DNA from: Dipteris shenzhenensis
Taxonomy: Eukaryota
Reading direction: 5' to 3' (one strand)
DNA length: 64,000 bases
Assembly: GCA_047967505.1 (NCBI GenBank)
Contig: CM106538.1
The translations under genes and the position numbers were made by a program. Of the stretch, positions 50,901-63,135 are shown piece after piece (positions within the stretch are counted from its first letter, which is position 1; the number at the start of each line of letters is the position of its first letter). The notes beneath the pieces are model-generated. The model did no database searches. It saw only the letters and a program-made list of their open reading frames with translations, and had not been told where the DNA came from.

Positions 50901-51426
50901 TGGATTTAGAGAAGAAGATGAAGATCACAATATGAGCCAAGAGGAAGATGTGCAGAATGACATCATATGGTAGGAAGATGGAGATCACGATATTGAGGAA
51001 GAAGATGACGATCATCAAGAATCACCCGACTTTATTGAAGAAGATGATCAAGTCTATGGTCAATGTATGATATAGGAGATCAACTCAGTATAGAGTTGGA
51101 GATAGACTTGTTTGGCACACTAGATGGCTCAGGATGAAGCCAAGTCTCAAACATAGACATGAATATATGAGCTTCAAAATTGATGTACATGCTCTTGTAC
51201 TTTTATTCTTTCAAAGCATCAAACGTGTATGAAAAGAATTTTTTTTTGTCATTGGGTAAAACTATCTTTAAAGGTTGTTATGGGGAAAAACACTCTTTGT
51301 AAAACCTCGCTATATAATGACCTTATACAAGTCTGGCAAGTGTCGCTATATAGCGATACTTTTATAAACGTCGCTATATAGCAACATTTATAAAAGTGTC
51401 GCTATATAGCGATGTTTATAAAAGTG
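47985..51426 (+). mobile_element. Left portion of a CACTA DNA transposon
   Basis: Begins CACTACAAG. Palindromic TCGCTATATAGCGA-type repeats at 48060-48175, 50245-50360 and 51305-51415. Transposase-associated Zn motif LYCHCTHC..VMCHLRMYG at ~50560-50640. Interrupted by a gypsy LTR at 51427. Confidence 0.8.
48380..49680. repeat. Compound low-complexity satellite inside the CACTA element
   Basis: GCATATGA/GCATAA blocks alternate with near-pure GA tracts in nested duplications. Confidence 0.85.
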
Positions 51427-54400
51427 TGTTGACTCTTTCCTACTTATGGGAAGAGCTGGGTTCTCTCAGTATGCAGGGTTCCAAGGCTTTTTGTCACCTA
51501 TAGATATATTGGGGTTGTCGGTTGTAGTAGATGTGTAGCTTAGGACCTCAAGTCGTGTTCCGGTGAGAGATGTAGGCTTAAGTGTGGTAAACAAACAAAG
51601 TGCATGCATGTGTAAAAGGAACGTAAATCATCTTTGTTGAGGTAATGAAGGCTTTCGCCTTCATTGGGGGTTGTAGGGTTTAGGAGGAGTTTAAGGGTTA
51701 GAAGGAGGTTCCAGGGATAGAAGGAGGTTCCAGGGTTCATAAGGAGGTTCTAGGGTTTAGAAGGAGTTCCAGGGTCTAGAAGGAGGTTCCAAGGTTTAGG
51801 AGTCCAGGGTTAGAAGGAGGATCTAAGGTTCAGAAGGAGGTTCCAGGGTTTAGAAAGAGTCCAGGGTTAGAAGGACGCTCTAGGGTTTGAAGGAGGCTCC
51901 AAGGTTTAGAAGGAGGTTCCAAGGTTTAGGGTAGAGTACATGGTGGAGAACTCATCTCCCTCGTAGATCATGGAGTTTTAAGGGTTGAGGAACAAAGGGT
52001 TTAGGGAAGCATAGGAGTGGGAGAGGAAGAAGGTGTAAGAGCATGGGGGAAAGAAGAGAGAGGAGGGAGGAGGAGGAGGGAGGAGGAGGAGAGAGGAGGA
52101 GGAGGAGGAGGGAGGTGGAGGAGGAGGAAGGAGGAGGAGGAGAGAGGAGGAGGAGGAGGAGGGAGAAGGAGGAGGGAGAAGGAGAGGGAGAGGGTGGGTT
52201 GCAAGGTTGGAGGAGAGGGGAGGAGGAGTTGCAAGGTTAGGACATGCTTTTGGACATGGAGTGCAAAAAAGCATGGACACTTGAGACAAATGCTTGGAAT
52301 ACCAAAGTAGACTCAACACAATGCCCCAAAGAGTGTGGGCTTCATTCCATTATGGGGTATTTATACAAGTTGGAGAGCTTCTCTCTCTGCATGTAACACA
52401 AAGTTGTATCACAAAGTTGTAACACAAAGTTGTAATGCAAAGTTGTATCACAAAGTTGTAACACAAAGTTGTAACATATTCTCTTTCTACATGTAGAAGT
52501 CATATGTAGAAGTTGTAACACAAAGTTGTAACACAAAGTTGTATCACAAAGTTGTAACACAAAGTTGTAACATAGAGTTGTAACACATTCTCTTTCTACA
52601 TGTAGAAGTTGTAACACAAAGTTGTAACACAAAGTTGTATCACAAAGTTGTATCACAAAGTTGTAACACAAAGTTGTATCACATTCTCTTTCTACATAAG
52701 TTCATGTTGGCACAGAGTCAACATACTCCCAGATCCATTTTATTACCCATCCTCGGGTTATGGCTTATTTTGATTTTAGAGTTGGGATGCCATGTGCATA
52801 ATCCAGTGGCTGTTTAGCTTGTGGCATGCGAGTCGTTCCTGCTGTAATGCTTTTGCACCATACAATTTGTAGTCTGTAGTCAAGAAGCTTATCTCCTCTT
52901 AAGGAGGGGTAGATGGCTATGAATTTCAGAGGGGATCTCATTGCTGAGGTTGTGGACTCTACCATCGAATCTTCTTGGGAAGAGGTTTGGCGGGGGTCTC
53001 GTTGTTGAGGTTGGCATTTCTTGCTATCTTGCATACATGTTGGATGCGATTGCACCTGTATCATTGAGCTTGTAGATAACTAGCATGAAAGTCTGATATT
53101 TTTACATATAGGAGATGGCTGTGATGTTTGGCGGGCGTCTCGTTGCGGAGGCTATAGACTCTTTTGCCAATTCATCTTGAGTTTTGGCATAGCTTCGTGT
53201 ACTGCTTGTGAATTCATTGCATGCTTTGAGAGTATGGAATGAAAGTGTGTGATACTATTTTTTATGCAATCTATTATGTGCCTATGCAAAATCATGTGGG
53301 TGCATGTGATGTGTCTAACCATATGCTTATTTGTGGGATTTGATAGGGAAGCTAAGACTCAAACATCTCTGATATGAAATTGATTAGGTCTTCCTAAATG
53401 TGCAAAAACGTGCATATGCCAGTGAGTGTGCGTGTAACAATCTAGTGCAAACTATATGTGCAAAAACATGCAAATAGGACTAAGTCGCCTTCCGTGATGT
53501 CTTTAGCTTTCATATTTCTATCAAACCATGCCTTTCTTCTACGTTTTTCTATTGTCATGGCATGGTAGGCGACTAGTCTTGTCTTTGTATGCTTCTCCAA
53601 CTGATAGAGCCTTTTTTTCAAGGATTCATGGTCACCCATGCATTCCTATACTACGATGCGTAGACTTGGTATTACAAATTCGAGTGGGACCATAGCTTCA
53701 AGGCCGTACACCAATTGAAAAGGTGTGTTCCCTGTACTGACCTTGAATGTGGTTCTGTATGCCCATAAGGCTGCATTCAGTTTCTCTGCCCAATCAGAAC
53801 GCTGTGGTTCTACTACCTTGGTGAGGATAATGCATATGATTTTGTTGGTGGATTCTGCGAGTCCATTCCCTTGGGGGTACTAGGGTGTGCTTTTTCTATG
53901 GATTACCATGAAGCAAGACAAGAGTTCTTGGATTACCTCATTGACAAAATGTATGCCTCTATCTGACACAATTTCAATGGGGCATCTGAATCGGGTGATC
54001 ACATTTTCGTATAAGAATCTTGCTGTGCTTTTGGCATCTGCCTTTCTGACTGCTCTAGCTTCAGCCCATTTTGTAAAGTAATCAATGGCCACAATGAAGT
54101 AGCGTGCCTGTGTTCCTTTTGTTGCAGGATGTATGGGATCCACATAGTCAATCCCTCGTTTTTCAAATGGTTTTTGTGCAACAATTGGTGTTAGGGGATT
54201 AAAGTCTTTGTGTTGTGGTTTAATAGTCCATTGGCATACATCACAACCTTTTACATATTCATAGGCATCTGCCCACAGTGTTGGCCACTAGTAGCCTGTG
54301 AGGAGAACTTTTCTTACTATGGCTTCCCCTTGGAAGTGTCCTCCTGTAATGCCTTCATGGACTTCACTCAAGATTGGCATGATCTCATGAGGCATTACAC

Positions 54401-55781
54401 ATCTTCTTAATATCTGGTCCTTGCCCATCTTGTACAGTTGTCCTGCAATGAGTTGATAGGGTGCAGCCTTTAGAATCAATTTTCTAGCATCTACTGCTTT
54501 CATGTCAGGGGGTGGTCTTCCTACCATCAAGTACCCAATGATATCTCCACACCATTCTGGAATAGCATCTATTTGAAATAGTGTGGCATCTGGTAAGTCA
54601 TCTTCTACTCCAATGGCTTCTTCTCCTGACTTGACTCGAGACATGTGATCGGCAATGTAGTGTTGGGCACCTTTGCAGACCACGATTTTGAAGTTGAATT
54701 CTTGCAGCAAGAGGAGCCATCTGGTTATTCTTCTTATGGTACACAGACAGTTCACAAGATAAAGCAATGCTTGATGGTCAGTGTAGAAGACAAAATCATT
54801 TGCCAATAGATAGTGCCGAAATTTCTTTACACTATACACCATTGCTAGGGCTTCTCTTTCTGTGGTTGTATAGTTGATCTCTGCATCATTGAGTTGTTGA
54901 CTGGCAAAGTAGAAGGGGTAGTCTTTCTTATGTTCACCAGGTTGACAAAGCACACTCCCAATTGCATACTTGGATCCATCAGAATGTACATGAAAATCAA
55001 TATCCCAATTGGCAGATATAAGGATGGGTATTGTGATTAGGCACCACTTTAAAAGCTCAAAGGCTTGGTCGAACCCTTCCATCCATAAGAACTCCACTAA
55101 TAATTTGGAAAGTGGTCTAGCTATCTTGGCACACCGCAATATAAATCTTTTATAATAGCCACCATGTCCCATAAAGACCTGTACACCTTTGGAATTTGTA
55201 GGAGGAGGCAATTCCATGATGATTTTGATTTTGTCCATGTCAGTTGCAATCCCATGTTGAGAGACGATGTGTCCCAAAACAACTCCATGGGTGACCATGA
55301 ACTGGCATTTTGTTGGATTTAGGGAGATGCCATACTCCCTGCATTTGATTAGTACTTCTTCAAGACATTTGAAGTGGTCCTGTTTGTTTGAATGGATGCA
55401 CAAATCATCCAAGAACACCTATAAAAACTTATTCAAAAATGACTTGAAAGCTGTGAACATGACTCACTGGAATGTGGTTGGGGCATTACAAAGGCCGAAT
55501 GGCATGACTCTATATGCAAAAATACCCCATTCTATAGCAAATGCTGTTTTTGATTGGTCTTGAGGAGCAATTTGCACTTGGTTATAGCCACTGAAGCCAT
55601 CCAAGAAGCTATATATTTCGGATCTTGCCACCTTTTCCAACACTGTTTCTGTTAAGGGTAGGGGATAGTGATCCCTAATTGTGGCGGCATTCAAATTTTT
55701 TAAGTTTACGCATATTCTGAGCTTTTTGTTGTGTTTAGGTACAATGAAAATGGGTGAAACCCAATCAGTGTGCTCTATCTC
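51427..55781 (-). mobile_element. Ty3/gypsy element F: 3' LTR, 3' region and pol, interrupted in RT by element G
   Basis: LTR 51427-52723 is the diverged reverse complement of 55782-56942. PPT-like aaaatggatctgggag is adjacent. Decayed RT-RNase H-integrase at 53442-55781. Confidence 0.88.
53442..55781 (-). pseudogene. pol: Gypsy F pol (RT, RNase H, integrase)
   Basis: DWVSPIFIVPK, LDGFSGYNQ, MPFGLCNAP, FLDDL, HSDGSKYAIG, NYTTTERE, YTDHQAL, AIDYFTKWAE, VSDRG. Contains stops. Confidence 0.92.
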
Positions 55782-57609
55782 TGTTGACTCTGTGCCAACA
55801 TGAACTTATGAAGAAAGAGAAGGTGTTACAACTTTGTGATACAATTTTGTGTTACAACTTTGTGTTACAACTTCTAGACACAACTTTATGTTACGACTTT
55901 GTGTAACAACTTTGTGTTACAAGTTTGTGTTACAAGTTTATGTTACGATTTTGTGTAACAACTTTGTGTTACAAGTTTGTGTTACAACTTCTGCAACTTT
56001 GTGTTACAACTTTGTGATACAACTTTGTGTAACAACTTTGTGATACGACTTTGTGTTACATGCAGAGAGAGAAGCTCTCCAACTTGTATAAATACCCCAT
56101 AATGGAATGAAGCCCGCACTCTTGGGGCATTGTGTTGAGTCTACATTGGTATTCAAAGCATTTGTCTCAAGTGTCCATGCTTCCTTGCACTACACGTCCA
56201 AAAGCATGTCCTAACCTTGCAACCCTTCTCCCCTCTCCTCCAACCCTGCAACCCACCCTCTCCCTCTCCTCCTCCCTCCTTCTCCTTCCTCCTTCTCCTC
56301 CTCCTCCCTCCTCCTCCTCCTCCTCCTCCCTCCTCCTCCTCCTCCTCCTCTTCCTCCCTCTCCCTCCTCCTCTTCCCTCCTCCTCCTTCCTCCTCTCTCT
56401 CTTCCTTCACCCATGCTCTTACACCTTCTTCCTCTCCCACTCCTATGCTTTCCTAAACCCTTAAACTCCATGATCTACGAGGGAGACGAGTTCTCCACCA
56501 TGTACTCTACTCTGAACCTTGGATCCTCCTTCTAACCTTGGACTCCTTCTAAACCTTGGAACCTCCTTCTAAACCCTGGAACTCTTTCTAATCCTGAACT
56601 CTTTCTAAACCCTAGATCCTCCTTCTGAACCCTTGAACTCGTTCTAAACCCTGGAACCTCCTTCTGAACCCTTAAACTCCTCCTAAACCCTACAACCCCC
56701 AATGAAGGCGAAAGCCTTCATTACCCCAACAACGAAGGTTTACGTGCCTTTTACACATGCTTGCACTTTGTTTGCTTACCACACTTAAGCCTACGTCTCT
56801 CACCGGAACATGACTCGAGGTCCTAAGCTACACATATACTACAACGTCAATCCCAATATATCTATAGGTGACAAAAAGCCTCGGAGCCCTGCAACATAGA
56901 TTACCCAGCTCTTCCTACGAAAGCAGTAGGAAAGAGCCAACATTTGGCGCCGTTGCCGGGGAGACTAGCGTCTCAAGTAGTGAGTAAACATACGTAGGTA
57001 TGTGTAAAACAAGACACTACTTTGAACTTTCACGAAGATAACACTCAAGGGCAAGGAGAGTAAATTTTTTTTCCAATTCTAGCCAAACATTTCAACCCCA
57101 AACATCCACTTGGGGTAACTACCTTAAGAAATTTTCTTAATTTCTTAAAAAGAAGCCACATGATATACAATCAGGCTAGGTAGTGGACACGGATGCGTAG
57201 AGCTTTCAATTTCGATCATTTTACCTTTTTATAGAAAGGCAAACCGAGCTCTCCATAAAGAGTTATGGCTCGGGAAGAGTTTAGGGTTAAACCCTAAACC
57301 TAAAATCCAAACCTATAAAAACCTACTCCACCCCCCCTCATTCTTCATCTTTCACTTTTTGCCTCCATTCTCTTCCTCATTCCGAACCCCACGCAAGACA
57401 CTCCTCCCTCTCCATCGACCACCCCCTTACTCCTATCCTCGCCATGTAAGTGACATCGAGCCCTTCTCGCAGCGATGACCTAGCCTTCCACCCACCGTCC
57501 ATTGTTCCGCAACAATCCCGTTACATCGAGAAAGACTTGGAGAGCGTTCAGGTGATCACTTCTCCCTGCTTTTCGATTTCAGTCTTTCAGTTTTTTTTTC
57601 CTCTTTTTT

Positions 57610-58965
57610 TCCCCCCTCCCCCTCCATCTCCACCACCACCCTCCCCCTCCCCCTCCACCACCTCCCCCCTCCCCCTCCCCCTCCACCACCATCTCCATCC
57701 CCCTCCCCCTCTCCCCCTCCCCCCTCCCCCTCCACCACCTCCCCCCTCCCCCTCCACCACCACCTCCCCCCTTCCCCTCCCCCTTCATCTCCACCTCCCC
57801 CTCCCCCCTCCCCCTCTCCCCCTCCCCCTCCACCACCTCCCCCCTCCCCCTCCCCCTCCACCACCACCTCCCCCCTCCCCCTCCCCCTTCATCTCCACCT
57901 CCCCCTCCCCCTCTCCCTCCACCACCACCTCCCCCTCCCCCTTCCCCCCCTCCCCCACCACCTCCCCCCTCCCCCTCCCCCTCCCCCTCCCCCTCCACCA
58001 CCTCTCCATCCCCCTCTCCCCCTCCCCCTCTCCCCCTCCCCCCTCCCCCTCCACCACCTCCCCCCTCCCCCTCCCCATCCACCACCACCTCCCCCCTCCC
58101 CCTCCCCCTCCATCTCCACCTCCCCCTCTCCCCCTCCCCCCTCCCCCTCCACCACCTCCCCCCTCCCCCTCCCCCTCCACCACCACCTCCCCCCTCACCC
58201 TTCCCCACCCCCTCTCTCACTCCCTCTCTCCTCTCTCCCCCTCGTTCTCTCTCCCTCTCTCTCTCCCTCTCTCCTCTCTCCCCCTCGTTCTCTCCCCCTT
58301 TCCCCCCCTCTCTCTCTCACTCTCTCCTCTCTCCCCCTCATTCTCTCCCCCACCCCCTCTCTCCCTTCCCCCCTTACCCCGCTCAACCCCCCATCCCACC
58401 CACCCCACCCCACCCACCCCCCGCTCCCGCGGTGGCGCTCCGCAGAGACGCTGCCGCCGCCCCCGCCCACCCCACCCGGGCCGGCGACGCCCGCCCGCCA
58501 GCAGCGGAGCCGCCAGCGGTGGCGCCCGCCCGTTCCGCCCCCGCGGCCATCCCTCGGCCGCCCTCATGGCCATACCCCGCGTCACCCCCTGCCCGTCCCC
58601 GCACTCCCCCCGCCCTCCCACGCCCCTCCCCTCACACCCCCCACCCTCCCCCGCCACCCCCCTTGCACGCCCCTCCCCTCACACCCCCTGCCCTCCCCCG
58701 CCACCCCCCTCGCACGCCCCTTCCCCCCCCTGCGCCCTTCCCCGCAACCCCCCCTCGCACGCACCTCCCCCCCCCTGCGCCACCCCCCGCCATTTCCCCC
58801 CGCCACCCCCTCAGACCCCCCTCACACCCCCCGCGCACACCCCCCGCCCCCCCACCCCGCGCGACCCCCTCGCCCTCCCCCGGCCCCCCCGCGTGCCACC
58901 CCCGCCCTCCCACGCCGCGTCAACCCCCCCCCCCCTCCGAGCGCCGCCGCCGGGCAGCCCCCCAC
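57610..58965 (+). repeat. ~1.35-kb extremely C-rich low-complexity tract in the leader of G
   Basis: (CCCCCT)n and CCACCA repeats, followed by a GC-rich, CpG-retaining segment. Confidence 0.9.
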
Positions 58966-59873
58966 CTAACCAAACCAAAAAAAAAAAACACACAAACTAA
59001 ACCTAACCTAAAATTAACTCTAGGGTTAGTTTAACCATAGTTAGGTTAGTACTAACTACAGTTAGGTTAGGTTAGTTAACCCTAGGTTAGTTAGCTAACC
59101 TCAGTTAGATTAGCTACGTAGGTTTGGTTAGTAGTAACCGAGGTTAGGTTAGTTTAGTTAACCCTCAGTTAGGTTAGACTAACTCTTCAGTTAGTATCTA
59201 ACTACAGTTAGTTAAACCTCCCAGTTACAGTAACTGGGAGGATCTAGGTTAGTTAGTCTAACTAGAGTCACTTGGTTTCAACCCCTCAGTTGGACTTAAA
59301 GTCCATTCACACCACCATTAGGACCCCCCCAAACGCCAAATTTACCCCTCCTTTAATCCCTCGAAACTCATCCGTTTGGGACCCAAATTGAACTCCGTTT
59401 GAGCCCAGATTTCACACACGAAAACACCACGTTATGGGGTATTTTTCCAGCCCATTGCACACCATTTCGGCATCCCTAGCACACGTTCATTTGCACCCCC
59501 GTGTGGGCCTCATTTTCCATTAATTCACTCGTATTTTCACGCCGCGACCTCCAATTAACGATCCGTCTGCACCAACACATTTCCCTACACACGTAGGACA
59601 ATCTTAGGCACATTATTAACATGACGGTCCCTACACAAACTAACACCACTCTAACTCTCCTAACAGCACCACCTCCACACCCACACTTGGGGTAGCGATA
59701 CCCTTGGCAAATCACGCACCATCTGCATGCAGTTACGTTCCGGCCAACAACTTCGACTCCAACACTCGCCCAATCCGCAACTAACTCCACTGCAACAACC
59801 GCCCCCGCCAATCCTCTACCCCAAATCCCCCCCTGAGATTCAACAACTTCCTTTAACTCCTCCACGCCCCAAC

Positions 59874-62800
59874 ATGGCTGGACGTCATCCTGAGCATGAT
59901 GGGGATATCAAGCTCGATGCTGAGGCTGACAACTTCTTCAATCGATGAAATCACAACAATCACGGCCGACGCCCCTTGGGAAATCTGGAAGTTCCCAAAT
60001 ATAATGGTAGGGGAGACCCAGCTCGCTTCCTCCAGCATTTTGATGCCGCATGTCGAGCAGGTGGTGATCAATCCCATGAAACCAAGGTGGCTTGGTTTCC
60101 AATGGCCTTAACTGATGAGGCGTCGGAATGGTACCTCGACCTTCTTGTGGAAGAACGTGCCACATGGGACCTACTTCAAACCGAATTCAAACGTCGCTTT
60201 CAAACGGAGAGGCTACAAGATGATCCCACTCTCCAACTCAACAAGGCCGGAGGGAAGATGTACGCACATACCTGGGAAAGATGAAGAGATTGATCGCCAA
60301 ATGTGACCCACGCCCAGATGCAAAGTACCTCACGGCATGGTTCATAGTAGGTCTAAGAAAGAAAATCCACAAGGATATGAAAAAGATAAGTAGCTATGAA
60401 ACATTCAGTGCTGCTCATGCGGCAACCGTTGACATCGAAGATGGCATGACAGATTCAGACACTAGCAGTGATGATGCCAGATCAAATACACGAGATAAGC
60501 ACTCGAAAAAAGGTAAATCAAAGGACACTGCCGAAACATCCAATGAAGATCGCCTCGAGGCCATGACCTTGAAGCTGAAAGAAGATATGATGTAGGCCAT
60601 GGATCAAAAACTTCACTTGTCTCAGCCGCCAACTCAAACATATCCACGGTGAGAAAATGTCTGGTGCCCACACTGCTTGGCAAATCATACAGCAAATGAA
60701 TGCCCAGTCCTAAGAGCAAGAATCACTGCACAAGCAAATCCACCGCCACGGTTGTGGTGCCATATCTGTGTCGTCGGCGGCCATGATGAGACCAGTTGCA
60801 TCTTCAACATGCGCAACAATCCGCCTCGACCACCACAATACCAAGCGGCACCCATGCCAGTATACAGGCAACCGGCACTTGCACAAGCGCCCCCCAGCTC
60901 CGAGACTAAATCCTGTTCCCGTTCGGACACAAGTCCCACAACTACTCAGGAATCCGAATCCACGACCGTATCCAAGAGCACCAAATCCAGCTCCTCAGGC
61001 AGTTCCCATACATCAATTACAAGCCGAAGAAGTAGACTCACTATTTGAGTATGAAGCAAAGTACCCAGTATACTATGTAGAAGGTGCAGAGGGTCTAATA
61101 CCAGTCTATGCAAATCAAGTGCGACCCAACACATTCCGCGCACCAATCAAGTGTTACGGTTGTGGAGAAAATCATAGAATCGCAGAGTGCCCTCATCGCG
61201 GTAGCCCAGCCACTTTCCAACCACTCTGCAGAGATTGTGGCATAGGACATGCCTGTATGGATTGTCCCATGAAAAATAAGGTCCCAGAACAAACAGAGGT
61301 TAAGCCTGACATCCCCATCGGCATCATTGGGGTGGACCATCAAAGTCTGGGTCCGGCAAGTCTAAGGTCACAACCTATCATTGTAATTACACGCCAATAG
61401 AAAGAGGCCACGAAGGACCCTATCATTCCAATCCAACCGAAGCGACTTCTGAAAAAGAAAGCACAAGTGCCTCCACCTCCGCCAAGTAATGAGCAGCCGA
61501 GCTCATCCACATCAACTCCCGAGCCTCGAATAAAAGAAGTTCCATTCCCGAATGCAGAAGTGGAGAAGGCTCGTTTTCAGGCACTTCAGCAATGCGTCCA
61601 AAATGAACAAGCTCAATTTGAGGCTCAGAAACAAGCTCAAGACCCACTCCATGACTTGGCCCCACAAAGTATTGATACTGTACTCGAGCCTTTGTTCCAA
61701 CAACAGACTCCACAACAGAATGTACCGCCATGTCAACTTGAAGGAGCTGCACTCTCTAGCATCCTGAGTTGCCCTGTGTCCATCCCCATCGGAATCCTCT
61801 TACGAAATTGTCCCAATCTCTGGGAGAGTTTCAAAGGATGGATTGAACTCGCAAATCCCCCTCCACCTATGAACGACATTGATGATATCCCTGTGTGGAT
61901 GGGTGAGAAAGATGACATACGCAACATCACTGTGCCTTTGATCCACAAGGCATATAATGAAATCCAAGCCATAGTGGATGGTGGAGCAGGTGTCAATGTC
62001 CTATCAAAGGAGCTTTACGAAGAATGGGGTCTCCCACCAATGCAAAATTCTAATTTCAACATACGCCTTGCCGATGATTCACGGGCTAAACCCTTGGGAA
62101 TAGTGAATGGCATGTCCACAAAGATCGCAGGAGTCCGCTTTTCCCTTCAATTCACAATCTTGGATCTCCCCAAAAAATCCTATCAAATCTTACTGGGACG
62201 TCCTTGGATACGGGAAGCATCGGTCCTCCATGACTGGGGAACGGATAGATTGACAATCCAGAATCGAGACACTACAGTCAGGGTGAATGTGGGGACAGGA
62301 CTTATTAAACCAATTGTTCCTAGAGCATTGGATGACACATCTTCCACAACAATCTCGAGAAAATCAGATCCCTTGCAACAGCATGCCATAGCAGGTGACT
62401 CACAAAGCAATGTCAATAACTGGATACAAACATTGGCAACCATCGACAACTGCCATTCATTAGACCCCATCTTCTCACAGATAGATGTTAAGGCACTACA
62501 GGTCGATCCTCCACCGACGCATGAAGAACCAATCGATCTAGAGATGCCTTTCTTTATGGCTGACCTCGAATGGGATAATGAACCTGAAGAAGGTACCCAT
62601 ACCAATGATGACTCAGATTTTCCTTGGGACCTTGAAACAGAGGCTGTGAATGCTGAAATTGAAGATCAAATCTTTGATAATGACCTAGCCATTCTGCATG
62701 CCCTAATGGCAGTTGAGCTCCCAAAAGTTGAACCTCCACAGTTGCATAACAGCAGAAAAGCTGCAGGAGGAAATCGTAGAAAAGCCAAGGCCGAGCACTT

Positions 62801-63035
62801 CAATGAATTCGAACGAGTCCAAACAAGGATTGTCGAATTGTACCTTGCAAAGGCAGTTCCCACAAAATCAAAACCACCACCTCTTGAATGGTCCCCTGAG
62901 GGACTGGAAGGAGTATGTGCAGCACATGAACCCTTACTTGGAAACACCTTACCAGTGGAAAAGTTACCCCACAGTTCCCAACGTAAGAAGTTTCAGAAAT
63001 ATAAGCCACATGTGCGGATGAAGCTCGATCAAGAA
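59874..63035 (+). pseudogene. gag-pol: Gypsy G gag-protease, with frameshifts and stops
   Basis: Capsid-like LEVPKYNG..FLQHF..LTDEASEWY, four CCHC knuckles, aspartic protease AIVDGGAGVNVL..ILLGRPW. Confidence 0.88.
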
Positions 63036-63135
63036 NNNNNNNNNNNNNNNNNNNNNNNNNNNNNNNNNNNNNNNNNNNNNNNNNNNNNNNNNNNNNNNNN
63101 NNNNNNNNNNNNNNNNNNNNNNNNNNNNNNNNNNN
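63036..63135. other. Assembly gap (100 N)
   Basis: Run of 100 n characters. Confidence 1.

Larger units (their letters stand above)
55782..63035 (+). mobile_element. Ty3/gypsy element G (same family as F): 5' LTR, tRNA-Asp PBS, long leader, gag-protease; runs into the assembly gap
   Basis: LTR 55782-56942 (TG..CA). PBS tggcgccgttgccgggga at 56945-56962 is complementary to the plant tRNA-Asp 3' end. Confidence 0.92.

Noticed and set aside
57450-59034. Extensin/formin-like proline-rich ORFs and Gly-rich antisense ORFs
   Set aside because: Artefacts of the C-rich tract, which lacks stop codons in all frames, inside a retrotransposon leader.
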